DNA of 64,000 nucleotides from Acidobacteriota bacterium. GTDB taxonomy: Bacteria > Acidobacteriota > Thermoanaerobaculia > Thermoanaerobaculales > Sulfomarinibacteraceae. The position numbers and the translations under genes were made by a program. The stretch covers positions 29,489 to 93,488 of the forward strand of contig JAJDNM010000043.1 in NCBI GenBank assembly GCA_022340665.1. The letters are read 5' to 3'. Below are positions 1-8,913 of the stretch, one piece after another. Numbering within the stretch: position 1 is the stretch's first letter; each line of letters begins with the position of its first letter. The notes under the pieces were generated by a model. It did not search any database. It saw only the letters and a list, made by a program, of their open reading frames with translations, and was not told the origin of the DNA.

Positions 1-254
1 TTGAGCTCGATGAAACGCGCCCCGCACAGCCACGCAACGACGATATTCTGGGCGAGTTGCGAGTGGGGACCTGCGGCAACACCGAGTGGCGTTTCGAGCC
101 TCCGGCCATACACCGTCGTTTGAAACGGGTCCCGCGGATCAGGTCTGAAAAAGAGCGAGGCAGGAACACCGAAGATCGAGTCCTTCGTCTCCAGCTCGTC
201 GGCAATCCAGTTGGCAAGAACCTCCAGCGAGATCGGATGAAAACGGTCGGACAT
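1..254 (-). CDS. YgfK-like (DPD/glutamate-synthase-like) oxidoreductase, N-terminal fragment; the gene runs off the window start
   Basis: Absent from the ORF track because no stop lies in the window. Manual reverse translation from the ATG at 254 gives MSDRFHPISLEVLANWIADELETKDSIFGVPASLFFRP...LGVAAGPHSQLAQNIVVAWLCGARFIEL. The AAGPHxQLAQNIV..WL.G.RFIEL block matches my memory of YgfK-type N-termini. These proteins typically sit next to xanthine-dehydrogenase-family genes. Confidence 0.5.
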   Translation of the reverse strand, partial: MSDRFHPISLEVLANWIADELETKDSIFGVPASLFFRPDPRDPFQTTVYGRRLETPLGVAAGPHSQLAQNIVVAWLCGARFIEL

Positions 255-404
255 GTACACAGGATACCGTTCCCGCCCACACAGGCGTTGCAGAGGGGAG
301 AAGGAGAAGAGGAGAAAAGGGGAACCATGGGACGCTCCTCTGTCCCTTTTCGCCTTTTCATGTGCCGCGCAGGAATTACTGCCTACGCTGCCAAACATTC
401 TGGC

Positions 405-455
405 CGTACGGCCGTCGAGCCGTCATGCTGTCGAGCCGTCGAGCCGATGGGCCGT
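405..455. repeat. short tandem GTCGAGCC(G) repeats in an intergenic spacer
   Basis: gccgtcgagccgtcatgctgtcgagccgtcgagccg. An adjacent purine-rich/pyrimidine-rich hairpin pairs gaaaagggga with tcccttttc (~313-353). Confidence 0.6.
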
Positions 456-474
456 TAGGGGTGGGCGGGCGGAG

Positions 475-1626
475 CTACCGGCCGCGCTTGTCGGCGAACA
501 TCCGACGGTCCGCCTTCTCGAGGGCAGTGGTCGGGTCGCCTCCGGGCGCGAGGTCGGCGATCCCCACGGCGATCGTGAACAGAGGTCCTTCTTCGGGCGG
601 TTGCATGAGGGCTTCGCGAATGGAGCCTACCCGCACCAGTGCATTCGCTTGATCCATCCCTGGAGCAACGACCAGGAACTCGTCACCCCCCCAGCGGATC
701 ACCTTGTCGTCAGGACGGAAATTCTCGACGATGAGATTCGCGAGCCGTTGCAGGGTGGCGTCACCGACACGGTGTCCGTAAAGATCGTTCACCCGCTTGA
801 AATGGTTGATATCGATGAATATGAGCGCTCCACCGGTTTCGATCACCGAATGCATCACCTTCCTGAGGGTGCGTCGGTTGGAGAGATTGGTGAGAGGATC
901 GGTGTCGACCAGGAGGCTCAAGCGCTGTTGCGACTCGATGAGCTCGCGGTTGGCGTAATGAAGGAGTTCCTCTCTCCGGTCGGCGATGACGGCGATGCAG
1001 GCGAGGGCGAGAACGAGCTCGGCCAGAGCATCTAGAAACGAAGAGTAGTTGAAGTACACGAAGCCCGCGCGGTTTCCCCAGAGGCCGGGTAGCAGCAGCA
1101 GAGCCGAGGTCAAAAACAGGCATCCCTCGACCAACATTGCCCATCCAAGCCATCGCGAGACGACCGACCGTGGATGCCTGAGAACGACGATCCCTCCGCC
1201 AGTGAGGGCGAAGCCGACAAGCGCGCTCTCGGCGAGCTGCCCCTGCCATAGATTGGGCACCAGAAGCCCGAGGGCGACGCTCCAGGCAGTGATGAAGAGG
1301 GTAAGGACGCGAGGCGAAACACGAGGCTCGACGCCGGGGCGCAGGTGATGGCGTGCTCCAGCGACGATCAGGATCGCAAACGTGGCCTTGCCGGCGAGGT
1401 AGAGGACGAGCGTCAATCGGTGACCGATCAGCGGCATCGACGCGTAGAAGTGGATGAAAACCGCTGCGAGCGCAGTCGCGTCTGCGAGCCACGCCAACGT
1501 CCACAATTTCACCTCGCGGAGGGTGACGATTCGCCACAGCAGCACAAAGTAGCCGAAGAGGCACATCACCATCGCGAATTGAACGGCGATAGAAAGCCGG
1601 TTGAGTATGGGTGCTATTTCTTGCAT
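475..1626 (-). CDS. membrane-anchored diguanylate cyclase (multi-TM N-terminal domain + GGDEF)
   Basis: 383-aa ORF. It has about 6-7 hydrophobic helices followed by DPLTNLSNRR...IDINHFKRVNDLYGHRVGD...RWGGDEFLVV, i.e. a GGDEF active site. Confidence 0.85.
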   Translation of the reverse strand: MQEIAPILNRLSIAVQFAMVMCLFGYFVLLWRIVTLREVKLWTLAWLADATALAAVFIHFYASMPLIGHRLTLVLYLAGKATFAILIVAGARHHLRPGVEPRVSPRVLTLFITAWSVALGLLVPNLWQGQLAESALVGFALTGGGIVVLRHPRSVVSRWLGWAMLVEGCLFLTSALLLLPGLWGNRAGFVYFNYSSFLDALAELVLALACIAVIADRREELLHYANRELIESQQRLSLLVDTDPLTNLSNRRTLRKVMHSVIETGGALIFIDINHFKRVNDLYGHRVGDATLQRLANLIVENFRPDDKVIRWGGDEFLVVAPGMDQANALVRVGSIREALMQPPEEGPLFTIAVGIADLAPGGDPTTALEKADRRMFADKRGR

Positions 1627-1693
1627 GTGGTTTCACCACTATAGCCTTCCTCGTTTCTTGAAATTCGAGCTGCCAACTCTCCGGATGCTCGAT

Positions 1694-1775
1694 CCTGGAT
1701 GCTAGATACTGGATCCCCCTGTTGAACGGCTGGTGGTAACTACAAATTCGTTGCATCCAACATCCAGCATCCAGC
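1694..1775. repeat. ATCCAGC-type inverted repeat (hairpin), upstream of the GGDEF gene
   Basis: Left arm cctggatgctagatactggatcc (1694-1716), right arm gcatccaacatccagcatccagc (1753-1775). The internal mismatches are all transitions that become G-U pairs on the minus-strand RNA. Confidence 0.7.
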
Positions 1776-1803
1776 GTCCCGTCCTGCTAACCTGTTGCAG
1801 CAC

Positions 1804-2553
1804 ATGTCCCACAGGCCCACTCTTGACGCCGCCGCCTGCGCTGATCTCATCAGCAGATCGGAGAGGATCGTCGCGTTCACCGGAGCCGGAATCTCTACCG
1901 CCGCGGGCATTCCCGATTTCCGCGGGCCGCAGGGTCTGTACATCACCCGCCGGTATGACCCCGATACGGTCCTCGAGATCTCCGCGTTCCGGCGCGACCC
2001 TGCGCCCTTCTACGAGTTCACACGCGATTTTCTCGACGTCATCGACGGAGCCGAGCCGACCTTCACCCATCGATTTGTCGCGGAACTCGAATCCCAAGGC
2101 AGACTTGGCACGGTGGTCACCCAGAACATCGACTCGCTCCACCAGATGGCAGGCTCGAAAAAGGTGATTTCGGTCCACGGCGACTATTGGACCAGCCACT
2201 GTCTCGATTGCGCCCGGGAGTTCGACCTGTCGTTCATGAGGGACGCGGTGCGACAGGTCGAAGTTCCCCGCTGTACCTGCGGTGGTGTCATCAAGCCGGA
2301 CGTCGTCTTCTTCGGCGAAGCGGTCCGGGATCTCGAGAAGGCCGCCTCGGTGATCGCCTCCAGCGATCTCCTGCTAATCCTGGGTTCATCGCTGGTGGTC
2401 TACCCTGCGGCCTTTCTGCCGGAGCACGCGGGCGGTAACGTGGTGGTTGTCAACCGTGGAGAGGTCGGTCTGCCACCCGGAACCGGGCGTTTCTTCGTCG
2501 ACGCCGGCCTCGACGAGTACTTCAGCGACGTCTCTCGCATTCTCGGGGCATAA
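1804..2553 (+). CDS. cobB: NAD-dependent protein deacylase, Sir2 family
   Basis: Motifs: FTGAGISTAAGIPDFRGPQGLY, QNIDSLH, and the CxxC...CxC zinc motif (CLDC...CTCGG). The ORF track starts at TTG 1795; I prefer the ATG at 1804. Confidence 0.88.
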   Translation: MSHRPTLDAAACADLISRSERIVAFTGAGISTAAGIPDFRGPQGLYITRRYDPDTVLEISAFRRDPAPFYEFTRDFLDVIDGAEPTFTHRFVAELESQGRLGTVVTQNIDSLHQMAGSKKVISVHGDYWTSHCLDCAREFDLSFMRDAVRQVEVPRCTCGGVIKPDVVFFGEAVRDLEKAASVIASSDLLLILGSSLVVYPAAFLPEHAGGNVVVVNRGEVGLPPGTGRFFVDAGLDEYFSDVSRILGA

Positions 2554-2556
2554 GCT

Positions 2557-2690
2557 AAAACACAAAGCCACAGAGGGTCCTGAGAGCGCATACAGGAGAA
2601 AATCCTCTTTGAAGCCGATTTCAATGACGATTGATCCACCCTTTTCTGCGCGACAGATTGCGCGTCTTCTCTGAGTCTCTGCGTTGTTTC
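2557..2690. repeat. CACAGAG/GCAAAG-type imperfect inverted repeat between convergent cobB and the MOP-type gene
   Basis: aaaacacaaagccacagagggtcctgagag ... ctctgagtctctgcgttgtttc. The arm pairing is imperfect. Confidence 0.4.
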
Positions 2691-2723
2691 AGACGGATCC
2701 ACGAACGAAGGAAACCTGTCCGG

Positions 2724-5381
2724 TCAGCCCTTTCGCGAGGGTGGGACAGAGGGCCGGGCCGCGGGTGCGTCGATCATTGGCAGTGAGGTACGACGGATCC
2801 CGTCGTGAGCGTGCAGTGCGGCTGCGACCGCACCGGCAGTTGGCACCAGGCCGATTTCGCCAACTCCCTTGGAACCGTAACCGCCGACGGAATCCGGGAC
2901 CTCGACCAGAATGACCTCGATTGGTGGGGTGTGTGCGGCGCGGAGGATGCCCAGGTCGCGCATCAGGAAGGAGTCGGGCCGAGCGTCCGTACACGGGAAA
3001 TTCTCTGACAGCGCGTATCCGAGACCCATGTGGACACCGCCTTCGATCTGACCCGCGCAAAGCTGAGGATTGATTGCGCGCCCGACGTCGTGCGCCGCAA
3101 CGATTTTCTCGACCGTGCCGTCCTCGGCGAGGATCACCACCTGGGTGGCAAATCCGAAGGCCATGTGAGTCCTCGGTTCTGCCACCTCAGCTCCCGGCGC
3201 GGTCGTGAAATCGCAGATGTATTCACCGTTGAAGCGCCGTCCGACAAGCTCTTCAAGGGACGACCCTGTCAGCGCGCCGGCGAGCTGTCTGGCGGCGATC
3301 TGTCCGGCAGCCGTGCAGAGGGCGGTCGCGCGGGAAGCGGTCGTCATGCCGCACTCGACATCCGGTTCGCTGATCGTGCGCGCCGACATGATTTCGAGCG
3401 GCAGACCGGTTTCCTGAGCCACCACCTGCCTCAGGATGGTGTGCAACCCCTGGCCCATTTCGGTGAAACCGGTGAGGATCTCGAGCTGGCCACCCTCGTG
3501 CACCTCGATCGTGACTCTGCCGGTGTCCTCCATGCCGTTGCCGATGCCGGTGTTCTTGATGCCGCAGGCGATACCTGCGCGCGGGTCCGATTTGTAGATG
3601 TCGCGCACCGCCTCGAGGGTCTGACGGATTCCGCAGCTCTCATCCATTCGCTGGCCAGTGGCAAAACGGTCGCCGGGTTCGAGGACGTTGCGATCACGGA
3701 TATCGTAACCGTCGATTTCTATCTTCTCGGCGAGTATGTCCAACACGCCTTCGATGGCGAAGGCCGCCTGATTGGCGCCGAATCCTCGCATCGCGCCACA
3801 TGGTGGATTGTTGGTGTAGACCGTCCTCGCTTCGACGTCGACGTTTGGCACCCGGTAGGGACCGCACGAGTGACCGGCAGCGCGTTCGAGGACCTTGGTG
3901 CCGACCGACGCATAGGCCCCAGTGTCACCGATGATACGCGCTCGGACCGCCAACAAACGCCCGTCGCTGTCTGCGCCGACCGTGTAATGGAGGGTGATGG
4001 GGTGGCGTTTCGGGTGGATCCGCAGCGACTGCTCGCGGGTGAGCACGACCCGTACCGGCCGCCCGAGGAGCCAGGCCGCGAGCGCAGCGTGTCCCTGGAC
4101 GGAGAGGTCCTCCTTGCCACCGAAGGCGCCGCCGTTGGAGATCAGCTCGACCTCGATCTTTTCCCGCCCGATCCCGAGGATGGCCGCAATCTGCCGCTGG
4201 TCGTCGTGAACCCCCTGGCCCTGGGAGTAGACCTTGACGCCGTCGCCCCTCGGCAGGGCGACTGCAGCCTCCGGCTCGAGGAAGGCATGCTCGATCCGTT
4301 GGGTCGAAAACGTTTCCTCGACCACGAATGCGGCTCCTGCGAGGGCGGCATCGACGTCTCCTCGCGAGAAGGCGCAGGTTTCGAGCAAATTGCCGTCGGG
4401 GTGGACGTGTGGGGCATCGGGGGCGAGGGCCGCTTGCGGAGAATCGATGGGTTCGAGGATCTCGTACTCGACGGTGACCAATTGCGCCGCTGCACGCGCA
4501 CGGTGTTGGGTATTTGCTACCACCAACGCGATGACGTCGCCGATGTAGCGCGTGATGTCGCCTTCCGCCACCAACAGTGGCCAGTCGGCAACGACCAGGC
4601 CGTGCGTGCGAACGCCGGGAATGTCCTCGGCGAGAATGACTCGCTCGACTCCCGGCATCCGGCGCGCGGTGGAGGTGTCGATTGAGGTCACCGTCGCCCG
4701 GGGATGCTCGGAAAGGACGAGCGCTCCGTGCAGCATTCCGTCGAATGTCAGGTCGGCGACGAAATCCTTGGCGCCGAGCGCCTGGTCAAGGCCGCGAAAA
4801 CGCGTGGCGGAGGCCCCGATTCCCTCGCCCTGTGAGCCTTCCGAATTTCGTCCGAGACCATAGTCTTCACCGAAGAAGTGCGGACGGCGTGGTTGTCGAT
4901 CGACCGGCAGCGCACCCGTTTTCCAGGCCTCGCCGGCGGTCTGGATGGCGTCGACGACCCGGTTGTAACCGGTGCAGCGGCAGAGGTGGCCGGCCAGGCC
5001 GCGCTGCACACGAGCGCGGTCCGCGGTCAATCCTTTTTCGACAAGGTGGGCTGCGCGCATGGTGATTCCGGGCGTGCAAAAGCCGCATTGCACGGCGCCT
5101 TCGCGAACCAAGGCTTCCGCCAGGAGCTGGCGTTGGCGGTCCGGCAAACCTTCGAGGGTAACGACCTCTCCACCTTCGACCCTCGAAGGGTCGAGCTTGC
5201 AGGCGAGAGTCGGTTTCCCGTTGAAAAGAATGGTGCAGCATCCGCAGACACCCTCCGGCGCACACCCGTCCTTGACCGATGTGATGTCACAACATTCTCG
5301 CAGCACCTCGAGGAAATGCATGCCTTCTTCGCACGCCACCTCGGTGGGCAGGCCGTTGAGCCGAAAGGCGATGGTGGTCAC
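2724..5381 (-). CDS. molybdenum hydroxylase, single-polypeptide aldehyde oxidoreductase (MOP) type: N-terminal 2x[2Fe-2S] domain fused to a molybdopterin-binding domain, no FAD domain
   Basis: 885 aa. The N-terminus carries ferredoxin-like and CGFCTPG / CRCTGY [2Fe-2S] motifs. The rest aligns by eye with XdhB/CoxL-type Moco domains (GGAFGGKED, GxGxG-type motifs). Confidence 0.82.
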   Translation of the reverse strand: MTTIAFRLNGLPTEVACEEGMHFLEVLRECCDITSVKDGCAPEGVCGCCTILFNGKPTLACKLDPSRVEGGEVVTLEGLPDRQRQLLAEALVREGAVQCGFCTPGITMRAAHLVEKGLTADRARVQRGLAGHLCRCTGYNRVVDAIQTAGEAWKTGALPVDRQPRRPHFFGEDYGLGRNSEGSQGEGIGASATRFRGLDQALGAKDFVADLTFDGMLHGALVLSEHPRATVTSIDTSTARRMPGVERVILAEDIPGVRTHGLVVADWPLLVAEGDITRYIGDVIALVVANTQHRARAAAQLVTVEYEILEPIDSPQAALAPDAPHVHPDGNLLETCAFSRGDVDAALAGAAFVVEETFSTQRIEHAFLEPEAAVALPRGDGVKVYSQGQGVHDDQRQIAAILGIGREKIEVELISNGGAFGGKEDLSVQGHAALAAWLLGRPVRVVLTREQSLRIHPKRHPITLHYTVGADSDGRLLAVRARIIGDTGAYASVGTKVLERAAGHSCGPYRVPNVDVEARTVYTNNPPCGAMRGFGANQAAFAIEGVLDILAEKIEIDGYDIRDRNVLEPGDRFATGQRMDESCGIRQTLEAVRDIYKSDPRAGIACGIKNTGIGNGMEDTGRVTIEVHEGGQLEILTGFTEMGQGLHTILRQVVAQETGLPLEIMSARTISEPDVECGMTTASRATALCTAAGQIAARQLAGALTGSSLEELVGRRFNGEYICDFTTAPGAEVAEPRTHMAFGFATQVVILAEDGTVEKIVAAHDVGRAINPQLCAGQIEGGVHMGLGYALSENFPCTDARPDSFLMRDLGILRAAHTPPIEVILVEVPDSVGGYGSKGVGEIGLVPTAGAVAAALHAHDGIRRTSLPMIDAPAARPSVPPSRKG

Positions 5382-6325
5382 GATCGACCCCGGTTGCGGA
5401 CTCCGATGATCTCAGCTGCAACGCTGATCGCGATCTCCTCCGGCGTGTGGCTGCCTATCGCGATTCCAATCGGAGCCGTCACGCGTTCGAGCAGCAACTC
5501 TGGGGTGCCGTGTTCGACCATCGACGAAAACATTTGACGGACCTTGGCCTTGCTGCCCATCAATCCAAGGTAGGCGAGGTCCTTATCCAGCAAGCCCTCC
5601 AGGACCTCTCGATCGTGAGCGTGCCCGAACGTCATGATCACAGCCCACGAATTCGGGCCGTCGGCCACATGGTCGTCGATTTCACCATAATCGACCACGT
5701 GGCGTTCATGGGCCCAGAGGTTGGCGGACATGGTTGGCAGATCCTCTCGATTGTCGAGGACGACGATCCGGAAGGGGAGTGTGGCCATCACCCTCGAAAG
5801 CGCGAGGCCGACGTGTCCTCCGCCAATGATATGGAGCGTGTCCTGGAGGCCGATCGGCCCGGCGTACTCCCAGCTCCCACTGCTCGATTTGAATACGTGC
5901 GGATGCGTTGCACCCGGCTCGAACGCCGGCCCCTCAGCCGTCAGTCGCAGGGTTCCGGTGCGATGACTGTCGACCGTGTCGACGATTGATCTGACAGCCT
6001 TTTCATCATTCCGCGAAAGCGAGATGATAGCGAAATCCTGGGTGCCGGAGCACAGAGTGCCTCCCGCGGTCGGAGAGTGGACGAAACGGTAGATTTCAGC
6101 CTTGCCCGCATGGGCAGCGGCGCGTTCCAGCAGCTGCCGTTCAGCTTCACCACCGCCGATCGTGCCCGAGAACTCGTCGTCAGCGACCACGACATGGGTT
6201 CCGGTGATTCCCGGAACGGATCCGGAGTGGTCGACGACGAACACCAGAACAGCCTTCCGGTTCTCGTGAAGGGCAGCCAGGGCGTGGCGCCATGGGTTCG
6301 TCTGCGTGTGTCTCGGCAATCGCAT
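5378..6325 (-). CDS. xdhC: XdhC/CoxI family molybdenum-cofactor insertion chaperone
   Basis: 315 aa with the XdhC N-terminal domain, then a Rossmann-like block (HIIGGGHVGLAL) and a C-terminal PIGIAIGSHTPEEIAISV motif. It overlaps the downstream gene by 4 nt. Confidence 0.8.
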   Translation of the reverse strand: MRLPRHTQTNPWRHALAALHENRKAVLVFVVDHSGSVPGITGTHVVVADDEFSGTIGGGEAERQLLERAAAHAGKAEIYRFVHSPTAGGTLCSGTQDFAIISLSRNDEKAVRSIVDTVDSHRTGTLRLTAEGPAFEPGATHPHVFKSSSGSWEYAGPIGLQDTLHIIGGGHVGLALSRVMATLPFRIVVLDNREDLPTMSANLWAHERHVVDYGEIDDHVADGPNSWAVIMTFGHAHDREVLEGLLDKDLAYLGLMGSKAKVRQMFSSMVEHGTPELLLERVTAPIGIAIGSHTPEEIAISVAAEIIGVRNRGRS

Positions 6326-6627
6326 GGAGCGATTCTATCTCAGCGAGCGGCCCGCCACAGAGGCACAGAGAAACAGAGGAAGCACAGGAATGCCTGTCGA
6401 TTTTTGACGCAAAGGTGTAAATGGAAAAAGCCCCCCCATCCCTCCAGTTCGGATTTTGAATTTCGGATTTACCACCCATTGCTCCTTTGCGCTTCTGGGC
6501 GAGCGGATGGATCTGTGTCATCTGTGTGATCTGTGGGCGAATTGGGGGGCTGAGGGCCTTCGTGACGGTGTCTTCGCGGTTGCGACGGACTTCGAAGGCT
6601 CTCGCTGTGTTCTCTGTGTTTCTGTGG
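6326..6627. repeat. composite palindromic repeat element filling the xdhC-xdhB spacer
   Basis: ccacagaggcacagagaaacagagg faces ctgtgtcatctgtgtgatctgtggg and ctgtgttctctgtgtttctgtgg. gacgcaaagg faces cctttgcgc. cccccccatccctcc faces gaattgggggg. The centre is a heptamer block, ttcggattttgaatttcggattt (6448-6470). Confidence 0.75.
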
Positions 6628-8913
6628 TTATTCGATCGATGGATGTGGCCCGATCTCTGAATGGTTGTGGTCACCATGAAGGAACATGAGGACCTTTTCG
6701 GGCGTCATTGGCGCATCGAAGAAGGGCTCGCGGTCGGGGCGGAAGGCGGACATGGCGTCGAGAAGAGCGAAGTACGCGCCGATGCCGTACATGAGCGGCG
6801 GTTCTCCGATCGCCTTGGAGTGCATGACCGCATTGGGGTTGTCCGCGTCTTCGAGGAAGTGGCCTTCGATTTCCGGAGCGGAATAGATGTCAGGTATCTT
6901 GTAGGTGCTGAGGGTGTCGGCGAGGTTGCGGCCGTCAGCGAGCACCAGCTCCTCCATCGTCATCCAGCCGATGCCCTGGACCAGCCCGCCCTCGAGCTGT
7001 CCCGTGTCGACCGTGGGGTCGAGGCTTCGGCCGGCATCGTGAACGATCGAGACTCGATCGACGGTGTAGATACCCCTGAGACAGTCGACCGTTACCTCGA
7101 TGGCCGCGCTGCCGTACACGTGGTACGCGAACGGCTCGCCCTTCCCGGTGGTGCGGTCGAAATGGAGCTTTGGCGTTGCGTAGTGGGCCTGCGCGGAAAG
7201 GCTGACCCGGTTGAAATACGCCTTCGTGACCAGCTCGTCCCACGCCAGCCCGGTCGCGGAATCGTCAACGGTGACATCGCCGTCGACAATTTTGACCCGT
7301 TCAGGTTCGACCTCGAGGCTTTCCGCAGCTACGGCGCACAAACGGGCGACGATCGTCCGACAGGCGATCTCGGTGGCCTTTCCGTTCATGTCCGCGCCGG
7401 AGCTGGCGGCGGTAGGGGAGGTGTTGGCGACTCGAAGTGTATTGGTGGTTTCTATGGCGATGAGTGCGGGATCGATGCCGAGGGCGTGAGCGGCGACGTT
7501 GGTTATCTTGGCGTTGACGCCCTGTCCCATCTCCACCGCGCCAGTGCTGACGCTCACGCTGCCGTCGGTGTAGACGTGGACCAGCGCTGCCGCTTGGTTG
7601 AGAAAGGCGGAGGTGAATGAGATGCCGAAACAGACCGGCATCATCGAGAGGCCTTTCTTGACCACTCGGTTGTTCCGGTTGAAGGTGTCGATTTCGGTCC
7701 GTCGAGCAGCGATGTCGAACCGGCTCTCGGTTTCGGCAAAAGCGCGGCGGGCATGGTCCTGTTGCGCTTTCATACCGTATGGAAAGACCTCGCCCTTCGC
7801 GATCAGATTGATCTTCTGAATCTCCATGCGATCGATACCCATCACATCGGCGGCGCGAGCGATCGCCGATTCCATCACGAACATCGCCTGCGGCGCTCCG
7901 AAACCTCTGAAGGCGGTAAACGGTGGAAGGTTCGTCCGACAGCTCATCGCGGTGACGCGTACGTTGGGCACGAAGTAGCTGCCGGTTGCATGGAACAGGC
8001 TGCGCTCGAGGATGGCAGGGGAGAGATCGGCGGCCGCGCCGGCGTTCTGGAAAAAGGTCGCTTCGTAGGCCAGAATCCTGCCGTTTTCCGCGAGGCCGAT
8101 CTTGTAGTCCGACGTGTACGGGTGACGCTTTCCGGTCATCCGCATGTCTTCGATACGGGAGAGCGCGATACGAACCGGCCTTTTGAGAGAGAAGGCTGCC
8201 AACGCTGCGATTGCCGCCCACGGCGTCGCCTGGTCCTCCTTTCCGCCGAACGCCCCACCGAGGCGTGCAACGTCGACCTCGATATCATTCATCGAAAGTC
8301 CGAGCACCCGTGCCGTGATCCGTTGCACGGCGGTCGGCGCCTGGGTGGATGAGATGATCCTGAGGCGATTCCCCTCCTGAGGCAGGACCAAAGCGCCTTG
8401 CGGTTCAAGGTAGAGGTGTTCCTGGCCGCCGGAGTCGGCGCGACCCTCGATGACGAAATCGCACGACGCCCAGGTTTCCTCGACCGCGCCGAGCGAGAAG
8501 GTGCGTGAGGGCACGATCAGGGATCCGGCCGCGGCGGCCTCCCTGGGATCGAAGACGCCGGCAAGCTCCTCGAACTCTATTTCGATCGCCGCTGCAGCTC
8601 GACGCGCGGTGGCGGGGTCGTCTGCGACCACGACCACGATCGGTTGGCCCCTGAAGTGGACCAAACCTTCAGCCAGAAGAGGCTCGTCCTGGACGATTCC
8701 CCCGATCTGGTTTTCGCCGGGGATGTCGGCGGCTGTCAAAATGCACGCAACGCCTTCTACCGTTGCTGCCGGCGAGGTATCCAGACGAACGATCCTACCG
8801 TGCGGGATCGGCGAGGCCAGGACCGCTGCATGCTGCACGCCCGGCGGGTCTGGCAAATCGCCGACGAACAGCGACTCGCCGCGGGTGTGCGGGCCGATCT
8901 CGAAATTGCTCAT
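6628..8913 (-). CDS. xdhB: xanthine dehydrogenase family, molybdopterin-binding large subunit
   Basis: 761 aa. Motifs: FVGDLP...HAAVLASPIPHGRI, GGAFGGKED, FRGFGAPQ. It has a 4-nt overlap with the xdhA-like gene. Confidence 0.85.
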   Translation of the reverse strand: MSNFEIGPHTRGESLFVGDLPDPPGVQHAAVLASPIPHGRIVRLDTSPAATVEGVACILTAADIPGENQIGGIVQDEPLLAEGLVHFRGQPIVVVVADDPATARRAAAAIEIEFEELAGVFDPREAAAAGSLIVPSRTFSLGAVEETWASCDFVIEGRADSGGQEHLYLEPQGALVLPQEGNRLRIISSTQAPTAVQRITARVLGLSMNDIEVDVARLGGAFGGKEDQATPWAAIAALAAFSLKRPVRIALSRIEDMRMTGKRHPYTSDYKIGLAENGRILAYEATFFQNAGAAADLSPAILERSLFHATGSYFVPNVRVTAMSCRTNLPPFTAFRGFGAPQAMFVMESAIARAADVMGIDRMEIQKINLIAKGEVFPYGMKAQQDHARRAFAETESRFDIAARRTEIDTFNRNNRVVKKGLSMMPVCFGISFTSAFLNQAAALVHVYTDGSVSVSTGAVEMGQGVNAKITNVAAHALGIDPALIAIETTNTLRVANTSPTAASSGADMNGKATEIACRTIVARLCAVAAESLEVEPERVKIVDGDVTVDDSATGLAWDELVTKAYFNRVSLSAQAHYATPKLHFDRTTGKGEPFAYHVYGSAAIEVTVDCLRGIYTVDRVSIVHDAGRSLDPTVDTGQLEGGLVQGIGWMTMEELVLADGRNLADTLSTYKIPDIYSAPEIEGHFLEDADNPNAVMHSKAIGEPPLMYGIGAYFALLDAMSAFRPDREPFFDAPMTPEKVLMFLHGDHNHSEIGPHPSIE

